Shown here: one piece after another, positions 1 to 7,995 of the stretch
Numbering within the stretch: position 1 is the stretch's first letter
Layout: the number at the start of each line of letters is the position of its first letter
DNA from: Nostoc sp. PCC 7120 = FACHB-418
Lineage (GTDB): Bacteria > Cyanobacteriota > Cyanobacteriia > Cyanobacteriales > Nostocaceae
Direction: 5' to 3'
Assembly (NCBI RefSeq): GCF_000009705.1
Contig: NC_003272.1
Span: 450,001 to 482,000, forward strand
Length of the DNA: 32,000 nt
Program-made: the position numbers and the translations under genes
The notes under the pieces: model-generated
Databases searched by the model: none
The model's input: only the letters and a program-made list of their open reading frames with translations
What the model was told of the DNA's origin: nothing

Positions 1-206
1 GCCCGTAATTCCGGATTGGGGTCAGAGGGTAGCCATTTACGTGGTTTGAGGCGGGGGGCAAAGAAAATGGCGTGTTCACCTGTACCACTGGCAATTTCTA
101 GAATAGTGCCACTGGCAGGCAACACTTGTAAAAGCACTTCTAAGATGGGTTCGCGGTTGCGTTGTGTTGCTGGTGCATATTTGCGGGGGTCTTGTGGTGT
201 GTTCAT
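1..206 (-). CDS. DUF938-type class I SAM-dependent methyltransferase, N-terminal part; the gene runs off the left edge
   Basis: The reverse complement from ATG at 206-204 reads MNTPQDPRKYAPATQRNREPILEVLLQVLPASGTILEIASGTGEHAIFFAPRLKPRKWLPSDPNPELR. LEIASGTGEH fits SAM-binding motif I. It is absent from the ORF track because no stop lies in the window. Track ORF 16..234(+) is its antisense shadow. Confidence 0.6.
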   Translation of the reverse strand, partial: MNTPQDPRKYAPATQRNREPILEVLLQVLPASGTILEIASGTGEHAIFFAPRLKPRKWLPSDPNPELR

Positions 207-364
207 CTGGCTGTGTAGAGTAATTCATTATTAAACTAGCAGCGATGGGCTACCCTCCACCATAATCGTTGGTGTTCCGCCCAGCCTAGCTGACCGCCTG
301 CTTTTAAAAGTGGCAAAATCAATTAGGCTATTCTGCTTTTAAGTTGCATAATTCATCGTGAAGA

Positions 365-402
365 CTGTTGACAGTTGACCGTTAACAGTTAACAGTCAAC
401 AG
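365..402. repeat. STRR-like heptamer/palindromic repeat (CTGTTGAC ... GTCAACAG with internal GTTAACAGTTAACAG)
   Basis: Read directly: ctgttgacagttgaccgttaacagttaacagtcaacag, with 8-bp terminal inverted arms. It is related to the AGTTGAC heptamer array at 23202-23236. Confidence 0.7.
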
Positions 403-416
403 CCCTTATTAGTAGT

Positions 417-555
417 TAACGCCGTGTGCAACTTTCTCTCAAACCTAACCCCCAACCCCTTCCCTGCGAGGGAAGGGGAGCAAGATTCAAAGCCTCTCTC
501 CGCTTCGGGGAGAGGTTTGGAGAGGGGTTTCAAAAATAAGTTGCACATCGCGTTA
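417..555 (+). mobile_element. MITE-like element, about 139 bp, with ~18-bp terminal inverted repeats and two internal GC-rich hairpins
   Basis: The TIR taacgccgtgtgcaactt (417-434) pairs with aagttgcacatcgcgtta (538-555), 16/18 complementary. Internal hairpins are ccccttccct-gcga-gggaagggg and cctctctcc-gcttcg-gggagagg. A second, inverted copy of the core lies at 7834-7976. Confidence 0.65.
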
Positions 556-620
556 GTTATGCAATTTAGACCCGCATTAGCTTAGGCATTCATTTTGGAT
601 AATATAGTCGGGAGTATCAC

Positions 621-2033
621 TTGCCGAAATTAATCAACTCTACCCAACCACCCCTAAAATTTATCCCCCATAGTTTTAACCCCCTCATCCTCAGGTTAAT
701 GCAGTGGTTACTACCCCTGGTGTTGCGCTTTCGTACGCGCCCTTGGCTCCCGGCTGGTATCGTCAAAATTGAAGCAGAAAATTCCGAGATATTAGCAGAA
801 CTTTATCAACAATTCCAAAGTGGGAAAATTCGCTTTTTAATGGCATTTCGCCACCCAGAGGTAGAAGACCCTCTGTGTATGTTGTACTTAATTTCTCGCA
901 TTGTTCCACAGGTGGCGCGTCAAAAAGGTATTAAGTTGCAATACCCAGTTCACAGTCATTTTGTCTATGACAGAGGAATGACTATATGGGCTGGAAATTG
1001 GTTGGGTTGGTTGTTTTCTCAGTTGGGAGGTGTGCCAATTCGGCGCGGAAGACGGTTAGATAGGCAAGCTATTCAAACAGCAAGGGATTTATTCGCTAAC
1101 GCTCCATTCCCCATTGCTGTTGCCCCTGAAGGCGGGAATAATGGTCACAGTGGCATAGTCAGCCCTCTGGAACCCGGTGTTTCCCAATTGGGGTTTTGGT
1201 GTGTGGAAGACTTGAAAAAAGCTAACCGGACTGAAACTGTGGTGATTGTGCCGGTATCTATCCAATATCATTATGTTACGCCGCCTTGGTCTAAATTGGA
1301 TGAGTTGTTGAGTAAGTTAGAAGTTGATAGCGGTTTACCAGTGCAATCAGTTGGGGAGTCTGCAATCAATCAACCAGAAATTTATGCTCAACGCATCTGC
1401 CGCCTGGGTGAATATTTAATTACAGAGATGGAAGAGTTTTATCGCCGCTTCTATCATCAAGATATCCCCAACACCGTAGCCACAGAAGAATCTACCACGC
1501 CCAATCAGGTGTTAATTGCCAGACTGCATCATTTATTAGATAAAGCGTTACAAGTTTCCGAGCAGTATTTTGGTATTCCAGCCCAAGGTAATTTTATAGA
1601 CCGTTGTCGCCGTTTAGAAGAAGCCAGTTGGAATCGCATATATAGAGAAGATTTACCAGATATGGATAATTTACCTTCCTTCAAACGGGGACTCGCCGAC
1701 TGGGTAGCCCAAGAAGCAGACTTACGAATACAGCATATGCGTCTGGTAGAAAGTTTTGTGGCTGTGAATGCTACCTATATACAGGAAAAATATAGTGCAG
1801 ACAGATTTGCCGAGACGGCTTTACTAATGTTTGATATGCTTTCTCGCATACAAGAATCCACTCTACCAGGACGACCAAGGTTAGGTTTACGGGAGGCGGT
1901 AATTAAGGTAGGTGAGCCAATTTCTGTCACGGAACGCTGGGAAAAGGTGCATGATAACCGCCAAGCGGCTAAAAGGGCTGTGAATAATTTAACTCAAGAT
2001 TTACAGGTGGCTTTAGAAAATTTGATTGATTAG
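621..2033 (+). CDS. PlsC-family (glycerolipid/lysophospholipid) acyltransferase with a long C-terminal extension
   Basis: 470-aa ORF with a TTG start and GGGAG 6 nt upstream. It carries the HX4D acyltransferase motif (FRHPEVEDP) and a downstream VAPEGG motif. About 250 aa of extra helical C-terminal sequence has no recognisable family. Confidence 0.7.
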   Translation: MPKLINSTQPPLKFIPHSFNPLILRLMQWLLPLVLRFRTRPWLPAGIVKIEAENSEILAELYQQFQSGKIRFLMAFRHPEVEDPLCMLYLISRIVPQVARQKGIKLQYPVHSHFVYDRGMTIWAGNWLGWLFSQLGGVPIRRGRRLDRQAIQTARDLFANAPFPIAVAPEGGNNGHSGIVSPLEPGVSQLGFWCVEDLKKANRTETVVIVPVSIQYHYVTPPWSKLDELLSKLEVDSGLPVQSVGESAINQPEIYAQRICRLGEYLITEMEEFYRRFYHQDIPNTVATEESTTPNQVLIARLHHLLDKALQVSEQYFGIPAQGNFIDRCRRLEEASWNRIYREDLPDMDNLPSFKRGLADWVAQEADLRIQHMRLVESFVAVNATYIQEKYSADRFAETALLMFDMLSRIQESTLPGRPRLGLREAVIKVGEPISVTERWEKVHDNRQAAKRAVNNLTQDLQVALENLID

Positions 2034-2057
2034 GGACTGGGGATTGGGTGAAGAAGA

Positions 2058-2077
2058 AGACGCGATGAATCGCGTCT
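2058..2077. terminator. Hairpin repeat (AGACGCGA-tgaa-TCGCGTCT) in the convergent gap between the acyltransferase and fhuB; possible terminator
   Basis: An 8-bp perfect stem read directly, with a T-rich tract (tttatttt) about 14 nt downstream. It lies between two convergent stop codons. It also belongs to a common Nostocales repeat type, so terminator function is only inferred. Confidence 0.35.
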
Positions 2078-2144
2078 CTACAGCAGGTGGTTTATTTTGA
2101 ATTTTGTTGGCGCAGCCTTCCCGCAGGGTATTTTGAATTGTTAA

Positions 2145-4085
2145 TTAATGCTTTTGGTTTCCTCCTAGTAACCAGAGGAAATAAGGTGTACCGATAAGGG
2201 CGGTGACTAACCCAGAGGGAATTTCTTTGGGAGCTAAAACAACGCGCCCGATGGTATCAGCTAAAGTGACTAAAATAGCACCGAAAATTGCCGCGATTGG
2301 TACTAGTTGGCGGTGTCGAGAACCGACTAATAAACGTGCAGCATGGGGAGCAATTAACCCGACAAAGCTAATAGTTCCCACCGTAGAGACAGCAGCAGCA
2401 GCTAAAGCAACTGCGATCGCTAATATTACACCACGAGCTTGCTGTAAACGCATACCTAAAATGAATGGTAAGTCTTCCCCTAAGGCCATCACATCTAATT
2501 TACGGGCAAATAACCAGCCCAAAGGCAATAAAATTAAGGGAAAAGCCAACAATTGCCATACTTCATCCCACTGGCGAGCGTAGGTACTCCCAGCTAACCA
2601 CACCAAGGCCTGAGCTACTTGTAATTTTGACTTAACTACCAACAAGTTAATTCCCGCCGCACAAAACGCAGACACAGCTATTCCTACCAAAGCTAGCCTC
2701 CCTGGTGCTACGCCGTTTTGCCAAGCTGCTAGGTAAACTACACCAAAGGCGACAACTGCACCAATAAACGCGGCAATCGGTATAAATGTTACGGGTGCAT
2801 TAGGTATCAATACTAATACCAATAAAGCCCCAAAACCTGCACCTGAAGTAATCCCCATAATTTCCGGGCCAGCTAGGGGATTGCGGACTACTCCCTGTAA
2901 CAATAAGCCACTGATGGCTAAGGCTGCTCCTGCTAATAATGCTACTAGTAACCGGGGTAGGCGTAAGTATAAGACTATTCTTTCGGTGAGTGCGTCACTA
3001 TTACCACTAATGACTTGAGTTAGTTGATGAATATCTAAATGAATATTGCCCAGGGATAATCCCAATAAAAGCACTAGTAATAAGCAACATAACCCCAACA
3101 GAAGTAAAGCAGGATACTGGAGGCGGGATTTTATTTGTATTGGTAAAGCATTATTCCCCTCTGTCTTACTCAACAGACGCGGCGATGAACGCACCAACCA
3201 GACTAAAAACGGTGCGCCTAATAAAGCTGTGATACCACCCGCAGGTAATTCACTAGATATCTGTTGTGCTACTAAGTCAGCCCCTAATAATATGACTGCG
3301 CCCCAAATCGCTGCTGATGGTAATAAAATTTGGTGTTGACGACATCCCATCAATTTGCCTATGTGGGGTGCAACTAAACCTACAAAGCCAATCGGCCCGA
3401 CTACACTCACCGCAACGGATGCTAAAAATATACCTAGTAGGGTGCTAGATAAACGTGTCCACTGGACTTTTGAACCGAGGGAACGGGCGACATCTTCACC
3501 CATGAGGAGGACATCTAGGGGTTTGGCAATGGTGAAAACTGCGATCGCGCCTAATAATACTCTAGGTGCAGCGTAAATACTTCCCTGCCAATTGGTTTGT
3601 AATAAAGAACCCGCACCCCAAAAAAATAAATCACGGGTTTGGTTTTCGTAGAGTAGTTGTAGGGCGGAAGTGAAGGCGGCTAAGGCGAGGGAAACAGCCA
3701 TTCCTGAAAGGGTGAGGCGGATGGGGGTAATTTCTTTCCCGGCGATGGCGTATACCAATAAGGCTGCTAATAAACCACCTGTGAATGCTACCAATAAAGG
3801 CGACCAAGCAAATATCTCTGGTGCAAAGATGGTTGTGGCGGTGACGGCTAAATATGCACCTGCGTTTACTCCTAATGTGGCGGGTGAGGCTAGGGGATTA
3901 CGGGTGACCGTTTGGAATAATGCGCCGGCGATTCCTAGAGATGCGCCTGCTAATATCCCGATGGTTGTGCGGGGTAGTTTGATGTAGCGGAGGATGTCTT
4001 CTGGGGCGGTGAAAAGGTGGCTGTGGAGGAGAAGAAGGGGGAGGAGGAGGAGGATTCCGGCGAGCAGGGGGCGGGGTTTGAGCAT
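2145..4085 (-). CDS. fhuB: Ferric-hydroxamate ABC transporter permease, fused double FecCD domain
   Basis: 646-aa polytopic ORF with two tandem FecCD-type halves (RNPLASP.. and RNPLAGPE.. motifs, each followed by about 9 TM segments). It is the last gene of the fhuC-fhuD-fhuB set. Confidence 0.9.
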   Translation of the reverse strand: MLKPRPLLAGILLLLPLLLLHSHLFTAPEDILRYIKLPRTTIGILAGASLGIAGALFQTVTRNPLASPATLGVNAGAYLAVTATTIFAPEIFAWSPLLVAFTGGLLAALLVYAIAGKEITPIRLTLSGMAVSLALAAFTSALQLLYENQTRDLFFWGAGSLLQTNWQGSIYAAPRVLLGAIAVFTIAKPLDVLLMGEDVARSLGSKVQWTRLSSTLLGIFLASVAVSVVGPIGFVGLVAPHIGKLMGCRQHQILLPSAAIWGAVILLGADLVAQQISSELPAGGITALLGAPFLVWLVRSSPRLLSKTEGNNALPIQIKSRLQYPALLLLGLCCLLLVLLLGLSLGNIHLDIHQLTQVISGNSDALTERIVLYLRLPRLLVALLAGAALAISGLLLQGVVRNPLAGPEIMGITSGAGFGALLVLVLIPNAPVTFIPIAAFIGAVVAFGVVYLAAWQNGVAPGRLALVGIAVSAFCAAGINLLVVKSKLQVAQALVWLAGSTYARQWDEVWQLLAFPLILLPLGWLFARKLDVMALGEDLPFILGMRLQQARGVILAIAVALAAAAVSTVGTISFVGLIAPHAARLLVGSRHRQLVPIAAIFGAILVTLADTIGRVVLAPKEIPSGLVTALIGTPYFLWLLGGNQKH

Positions 4086-4142
4086 GAGGATTTTAAACGC
4101 GGAGGGGCGCAGAGGTTAACGCGGAGGTTGCGCGGAGGGGTA

Positions 4143-5045
4143 TTATGTGAGGGTATCGATGACTTTTTGTAGTAGAACTTGGGCTGATAGGGGGCCGCCG
4201 AATAGCCAGGTGTCTGGGGCGATCGCATACAATCTTTTTTGCTGGACGAATTGTAGTCTTTGCCAGACGGGGTTAGTTTCTAGTTGTTGTTTGTAGGGGC
4301 TATTGGGGGCGGAAATATAGATGAAGTTGGCGGTTTCTACTGTTGGTAGTGCTTCTATCCACACTGTATTGAATCCAAAACGGTCAAATTCTCCTTTCCA
4401 GGCGTTTTTCAAACCGATGGCTGTAAGGATTTGTGTAGCCATTGAGTTATCGGTGAAAAGGCGGATTTGGGGGGCGTTGTCGCTAAATTGTCCGAGGACG
4501 AAATCGGGTTTTTGAGTATTTTTGATGCGGGTGGCTGCTGTTTGAAATTGGGTTTGCATTTGCTGAAGAACTTTTTCCCCTACATCTTGACGGTTGACGC
4601 GTTCCGCAATTTTGCGGAATGTTTGCTGCATCTCATCAAGTTGATTTGAGTTTTCCGCAGAGGGATAGGGGTTAAATATGAGGGTGGGGGCGATCGCAGA
4701 TAAGGTATCGTAAATAGTCTTATGTCTTAACTCTACACCTAAAATTAAATCAGGTTTTAATTGGGCGATCGCTTCTAAATTCGGTTCTTGGCGTGTCCCT
4801 ACATCAACTACACTCTCAGTTAAAGATGGTTGCACATTCACATATTGTTTATAGCCTTGGATATCTGCAACCCCCACAGGTTGGATTCCCAAAGCTAAAA
4901 GATTTTCCGCATACACCCATTCCAGGGCGATTACTCTCGTTGCAGTTTGATTAGAAGTTTGTGGTTGTTCTCTCTGTCCACAAGCCACAGTTAAGGCGGA
5001 AGCAGTCGCTGTAGTTAAAAAAGCGCGTCTAGTGAATTTGCTCAT
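4143..5045 (-). CDS. fhuD: Periplasmic ferric-siderophore (hydroxamate) binding lipoprotein
   Basis: The preferred start is ATG at 5045 (MSKFTRRAFLTTATASALTVACGQ...), giving a twin-Arg-like signal with a lipobox Cys. This ATG overlaps the fhuC stop as ATGA. The track ORF start at 5090 would add 15 aa lying inside fhuC. The body has a class III (PBP8-type) solute-binding fold. Confidence 0.85.
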   Translation of the reverse strand: MSKFTRRAFLTTATASALTVACGQREQPQTSNQTATRVIALEWVYAENLLALGIQPVGVADIQGYKQYVNVQPSLTESVVDVGTRQEPNLEAIAQLKPDLILGVELRHKTIYDTLSAIAPTLIFNPYPSAENSNQLDEMQQTFRKIAERVNRQDVGEKVLQQMQTQFQTAATRIKNTQKPDFVLGQFSDNAPQIRLFTDNSMATQILTAIGLKNAWKGEFDRFGFNTVWIEALPTVETANFIYISAPNSPYKQQLETNPVWQRLQFVQQKRLYAIAPDTWLFGGPLSAQVLLQKVIDTLT

Positions 5046-5872
5046 CTGCTTAACTCTCCTTGTGGAATACCTAGATGGCAAGGTAAACAAGTAGGATAGC
5101 CATTGATGGGGTGGGGAATCACGGTCATTTCTACGCCGAACACCTGCTGAATATTACTGGCTGTCATTACTTCTTGGGGAGTACCTACGGTGACTATTTT
5201 TCCTTGTTGGAGCATGATCAGGCGATCGCTATAGGCTGCGGCTTGATTCAAGTCATGTAACACCCAACCGACGGTAATTCCGTGTTCTTGGTTGAGTCGT
5301 CGTACTAAGGCTAAAACTTCTATTTGATGGCGGATATCTAAAAACGTTGTGGGTTCATCGAGTAATAACACTTGGGTTTGCTGTGCTAAGGCCATTGCAA
5401 TCCAAGCCCTTTGGCGTTCCCCACCGGAGAGGGTATCGACTATTCTGTTTGCTAGAGGTTCTAAGCCAGTCACAGCCAACGCCCATTCCATCGCAGCGAT
5501 ATCTTTTTGAGAAAAACCCCCTAATAAATTCTGATGGGGATAGCGTCCATAACCAATCAATTCCCACACAGTTACACCTGGAGGTGCTTCTGAAGATTGG
5601 GGTAATATCGTCAGTTGTTTGGCTAACTCTTTTGTGGGTATGTGGCTAATATCACGCCCATGCAGATAGATAGTACCCTTGCTTGGTTGCATAAGTCTGG
5701 CAAGGGTGCGGAGAACGGTACTTTTGCCAGAACCATTCGGCCCTAGTAAGGCGGTGATTTCTCCCAGAGAAAACGCGACTGAGAGGTCAGGAACGATAAT
5801 TTTGCCATCATAGGCAATTTGCAGATTTTGAGATGCGATCACCGTAGGTGGGGCGTAGTCCATCGCTGGCAA
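5042..5872 (-). CDS. fhuC: Ferric-siderophore ABC transporter ATP-binding protein
   Basis: Walker A GPNGSGKST, ABC signature LSGGERQR and Walker B LLLDEP. TTG start at 5872 with GGAGG (5880-5884) 7 nt upstream. An alternative ATG is at 5863. Confidence 0.9.
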   Translation of the reverse strand: MPAMDYAPPTVIASQNLQIAYDGKIIVPDLSVAFSLGEITALLGPNGSGKSTVLRTLARLMQPSKGTIYLHGRDISHIPTKELAKQLTILPQSSEAPPGVTVWELIGYGRYPHQNLLGGFSQKDIAAMEWALAVTGLEPLANRIVDTLSGGERQRAWIAMALAQQTQVLLLDEPTTFLDIRHQIEVLALVRRLNQEHGITVGWVLHDLNQAAAYSDRLIMLQQGKIVTVGTPQEVMTASNIQQVFGVEMTVIPHPINGYPTCLPCHLGIPQGELSR

Positions 5873-5895
5873 TTCCTGACCTCCTGATAGTTAAT

Positions 5896-5921
5896 GGCAG
5901 TAATAGTTAACTATTACTGCC
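5896..5921. promoter_or_regulatory. Perfect 26-bp palindrome GGCAGTAATAGTTAACTATTACTGCC just upstream of the fhuC ribosome-binding site; candidate operator or intercistronic hairpin
   Basis: Read directly: arms 5896-5908 and 5909-5921 are exact reverse complements. The AT-rich core TAATAGTTAACTATTA has Fur-box-like composition. It lies 11 nt from the fhuC SD. Confidence 0.45.
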
Positions 5922-5999
5922 CTTGAAGATTGCTTTCTGTTGCCTATAACAACTATATAGCTAACCTAATTATGAGTATCTTTGTCAAGTGTTTTCCTC

Positions 6000-6013
6000 A
6001 ATATTGAGAATTA
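6000..6013. promoter_or_regulatory. AATATTGAGAATTA motif (overlaps the 12-bp palindrome CTCAATATTGAG, 5997-6008); candidate iron box shared with 16202-16216
   Basis: The same 14/15-nt string, differing by one T indel, recurs in the same orientation upstream of the biosynthesis operon. It resembles the Fur half-site TGATAATCATT. Confidence 0.35.
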
Positions 6014-7822
6014 TTAGCGCTCCATTGGCATTAATTGGGCTACTGTATACAAAGCATTATTCACTTTACCGAAGGCGGCCGCATGGGGGCGATCGCCATC
6101 ATCGGCGTAACCGTAAGTAATCAGGCGATTGCGATTCAAGCACAGCTTGGTAAATTGGGGTGCTAGCAAGTTGAATAACTCAAATCTGTCTTGCATTTCG
6201 GGGAAACGACTTTGATAGCTTAAAATCGTCTCTCTGACTTTTGTCCAGAAGGTCTGTTCTGGGTAGTTGTGGTAGTCTGCCAATAAATCAGACAGATAAC
6301 GATGGTGACAGATAAACAAGCCAGCAAAGATAAATTGACATAATCCTTCTGGTGGTTCAGTCAACAAAACGGCTTTGAGTTGTGGTGTTAAAGTCTCTAA
6401 TTCCGGTAGGGGATGACGACTGATATTTACATCATCGACAAAATCTTTCATCGCTAACCGATGGGGGGCAAAATCCTTCAGCACCAAAATTGTGTTTTCA
6501 CCGTGGGGGGAGAAAACCACGCCGTAGCGGTAGAGGTAATGTAGTAATGGCGGTAAAATCGTGTTGAATAGTCGAGATAACCATTCATCTAAACTGAGTC
6601 CAGAACGTTCTACCAGTTGAGAAATAAAGGGTTGACCGTTACCATCGATATGTAATAAAGACGCTAAAGTAATTGGACGTTCATCGGCTTTGGTGTAAGC
6701 TAAAACACTCTCGCGCCATAGACAACCCAACATTTCCTTATATTGGTAAGGTGCGCCTGAAAGCTGGCTGTAGTATGGATGATCGTAGTTGATGCTGGCA
6801 ATTTCCCCAGGAAGAATTAAGCGACACTCATCTTTGAGGAAAGGGTCATGATCACAAATCGATTTTACATATTCTGTAACCAGTGGGGCAACCTGTGTGC
6901 GATCGCCTGGTAAACCACGGTAAACGAGAGTATTTAAAATGCTCAGGGGTAATTTAACGTACCGTTTCTGCGGATAGCTGATATTAGCAAAGGTGCGAAT
7001 CGATTGTTGGGGTAAATATTTATCTTGGCTGTAGCCGAGGGGAATAATTCCACCTGTGGCTATTTCTTCCACAAACAAAAGGGTGATGATATTTTTCCAT
7101 TGCCAATCATGGACGGGAAGAAAATAATAATCTGCGGGGCTGAAATGACGTTGTTCTAAAATAGCCGTAAATTCCGCAAGACTTTCTGCGCCTAATTCTT
7201 CTTGAATGAGGGTGACATAATCTAGTCCTGGGATGGCGTTAAATTGGGCGCGTTCACTGCTAACAGCAATCCAAAAGAGGGAAACTGGCTGTTTACTTTC
7301 GGGTGCGTGGGCTAGGTAATCGTCATAGCCAAAACCAATGCGTCCTTTATTGAAGGTTATCCAGGGGTGTCCTTCCATTTCCCCTTCTAATGAGGGGTAA
7401 TCTAAATTGAGTAAGTCTATATCTTGGGTTTCTTTTTTGGTTTGAATATGTGCGTCGGCTAGTAGGGTGTTGCTGAGTTCTTTGATTAAATGAGCTGTGG
7501 TTTCAGCCGTCATTCCTACAAATGTGTGAATATCGAGGACGAATTGCAGGGGGTTGAATGCTGGGGAAAATTCTCCCGCTTCTCGTCGTTGGATAGATGC
7601 GGGGATGACGCGGTAGCTGTCGAATAGGCGTTTTTTGGCTTGGAAGTTGTAGGCGATGCCTTCGGGGAGGGCGAGGTGGTAGAGGGTATATTCTGCTGTT
7701 TGTTCTATTGTCTCCGGTTTGATGATTTCTTCATACATGAATTCGGAGAGCATTTTGGCTAGGAGTTTTTGGCTAACTGTTTGCCAGCGTGGGTATTGGA
7801 GGATTTTGGTTAGGTTTTGCAT
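6014..7822 (-). CDS. IucA/IucC-family NRPS-independent siderophore synthetase (RhbF/IucC-like, last condensation step)
   Basis: 602 aa. It has IucA/IucC hallmarks (..HPWITFNKGRIGFGYDDY.., SIRTFANIS, FSPHGENTILVL) and a C-terminal FhuF-like region. Confidence 0.9.
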   Translation of the reverse strand: MQNLTKILQYPRWQTVSQKLLAKMLSEFMYEEIIKPETIEQTAEYTLYHLALPEGIAYNFQAKKRLFDSYRVIPASIQRREAGEFSPAFNPLQFVLDIHTFVGMTAETTAHLIKELSNTLLADAHIQTKKETQDIDLLNLDYPSLEGEMEGHPWITFNKGRIGFGYDDYLAHAPESKQPVSLFWIAVSSERAQFNAIPGLDYVTLIQEELGAESLAEFTAILEQRHFSPADYYFLPVHDWQWKNIITLLFVEEIATGGIIPLGYSQDKYLPQQSIRTFANISYPQKRYVKLPLSILNTLVYRGLPGDRTQVAPLVTEYVKSICDHDPFLKDECRLILPGEIASINYDHPYYSQLSGAPYQYKEMLGCLWRESVLAYTKADERPITLASLLHIDGNGQPFISQLVERSGLSLDEWLSRLFNTILPPLLHYLYRYGVVFSPHGENTILVLKDFAPHRLAMKDFVDDVNISRHPLPELETLTPQLKAVLLTEPPEGLCQFIFAGLFICHHRYLSDLLADYHNYPEQTFWTKVRETILSYQSRFPEMQDRFELFNLLAPQFTKLCLNRNRLITYGYADDGDRPHAAAFGKVNNALYTVAQLMPMER

Positions 7823-7833
7823 ATTTTTGTTTG

Positions 7834-7976
7834 GGAATTTTCACGGGTTCTGGATAACCCCTCTCCAAACCTCTCCCCGACACGGAGAGAGGCTTTGAAT
7901 TTTCCCCCTTCCCTACTAGGGAAGGGGGTTAGGGGGTTAGGTTAAGCGTAGATTTTTCCACATAACGTGAAAAATC
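7834..7976 (-). mobile_element. Second, inverted copy of the double-hairpin MITE-like core, with different outer inverted repeats (GAATTTTCACG / CGTGAAAAATC)
   Basis: Its reverse complement aligns to 440-530 (ctaaccccc..ccttccct-NNNN-agggaagggg..caaagcctctctcc-NNNNNN-ggggagaggtttggagagggg). The loops differ while the stems are kept. It sits in the gap between the MFS stop and the synthetase start. Confidence 0.65.
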
Positions 7977-7995
7977 AGATTTAAGAGAAACAGAG

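Noticed and set aside
16-234. 72-aa plus-strand ORF at the left edge
   Set aside because: It is the antisense shadow of a much better minus-strand reading (DUF938 methyltransferase N-terminus with a SAM-binding motif). The plus-strand product is Arg/Cys-rich and matches no family I recognise.
2203-4228. Several 73-126-aa ORFs, plus-strand (2203, 3046, 3355, 3670) and minus-strand (3950), overlapping fhuB and the fhuD end
   Set aside because: They are antisense or off-frame shadows of a GC-skewed membrane-protein gene. Their products are low-complexity and rich in Lys, Ala and Pro. fhuB explains the region fully.
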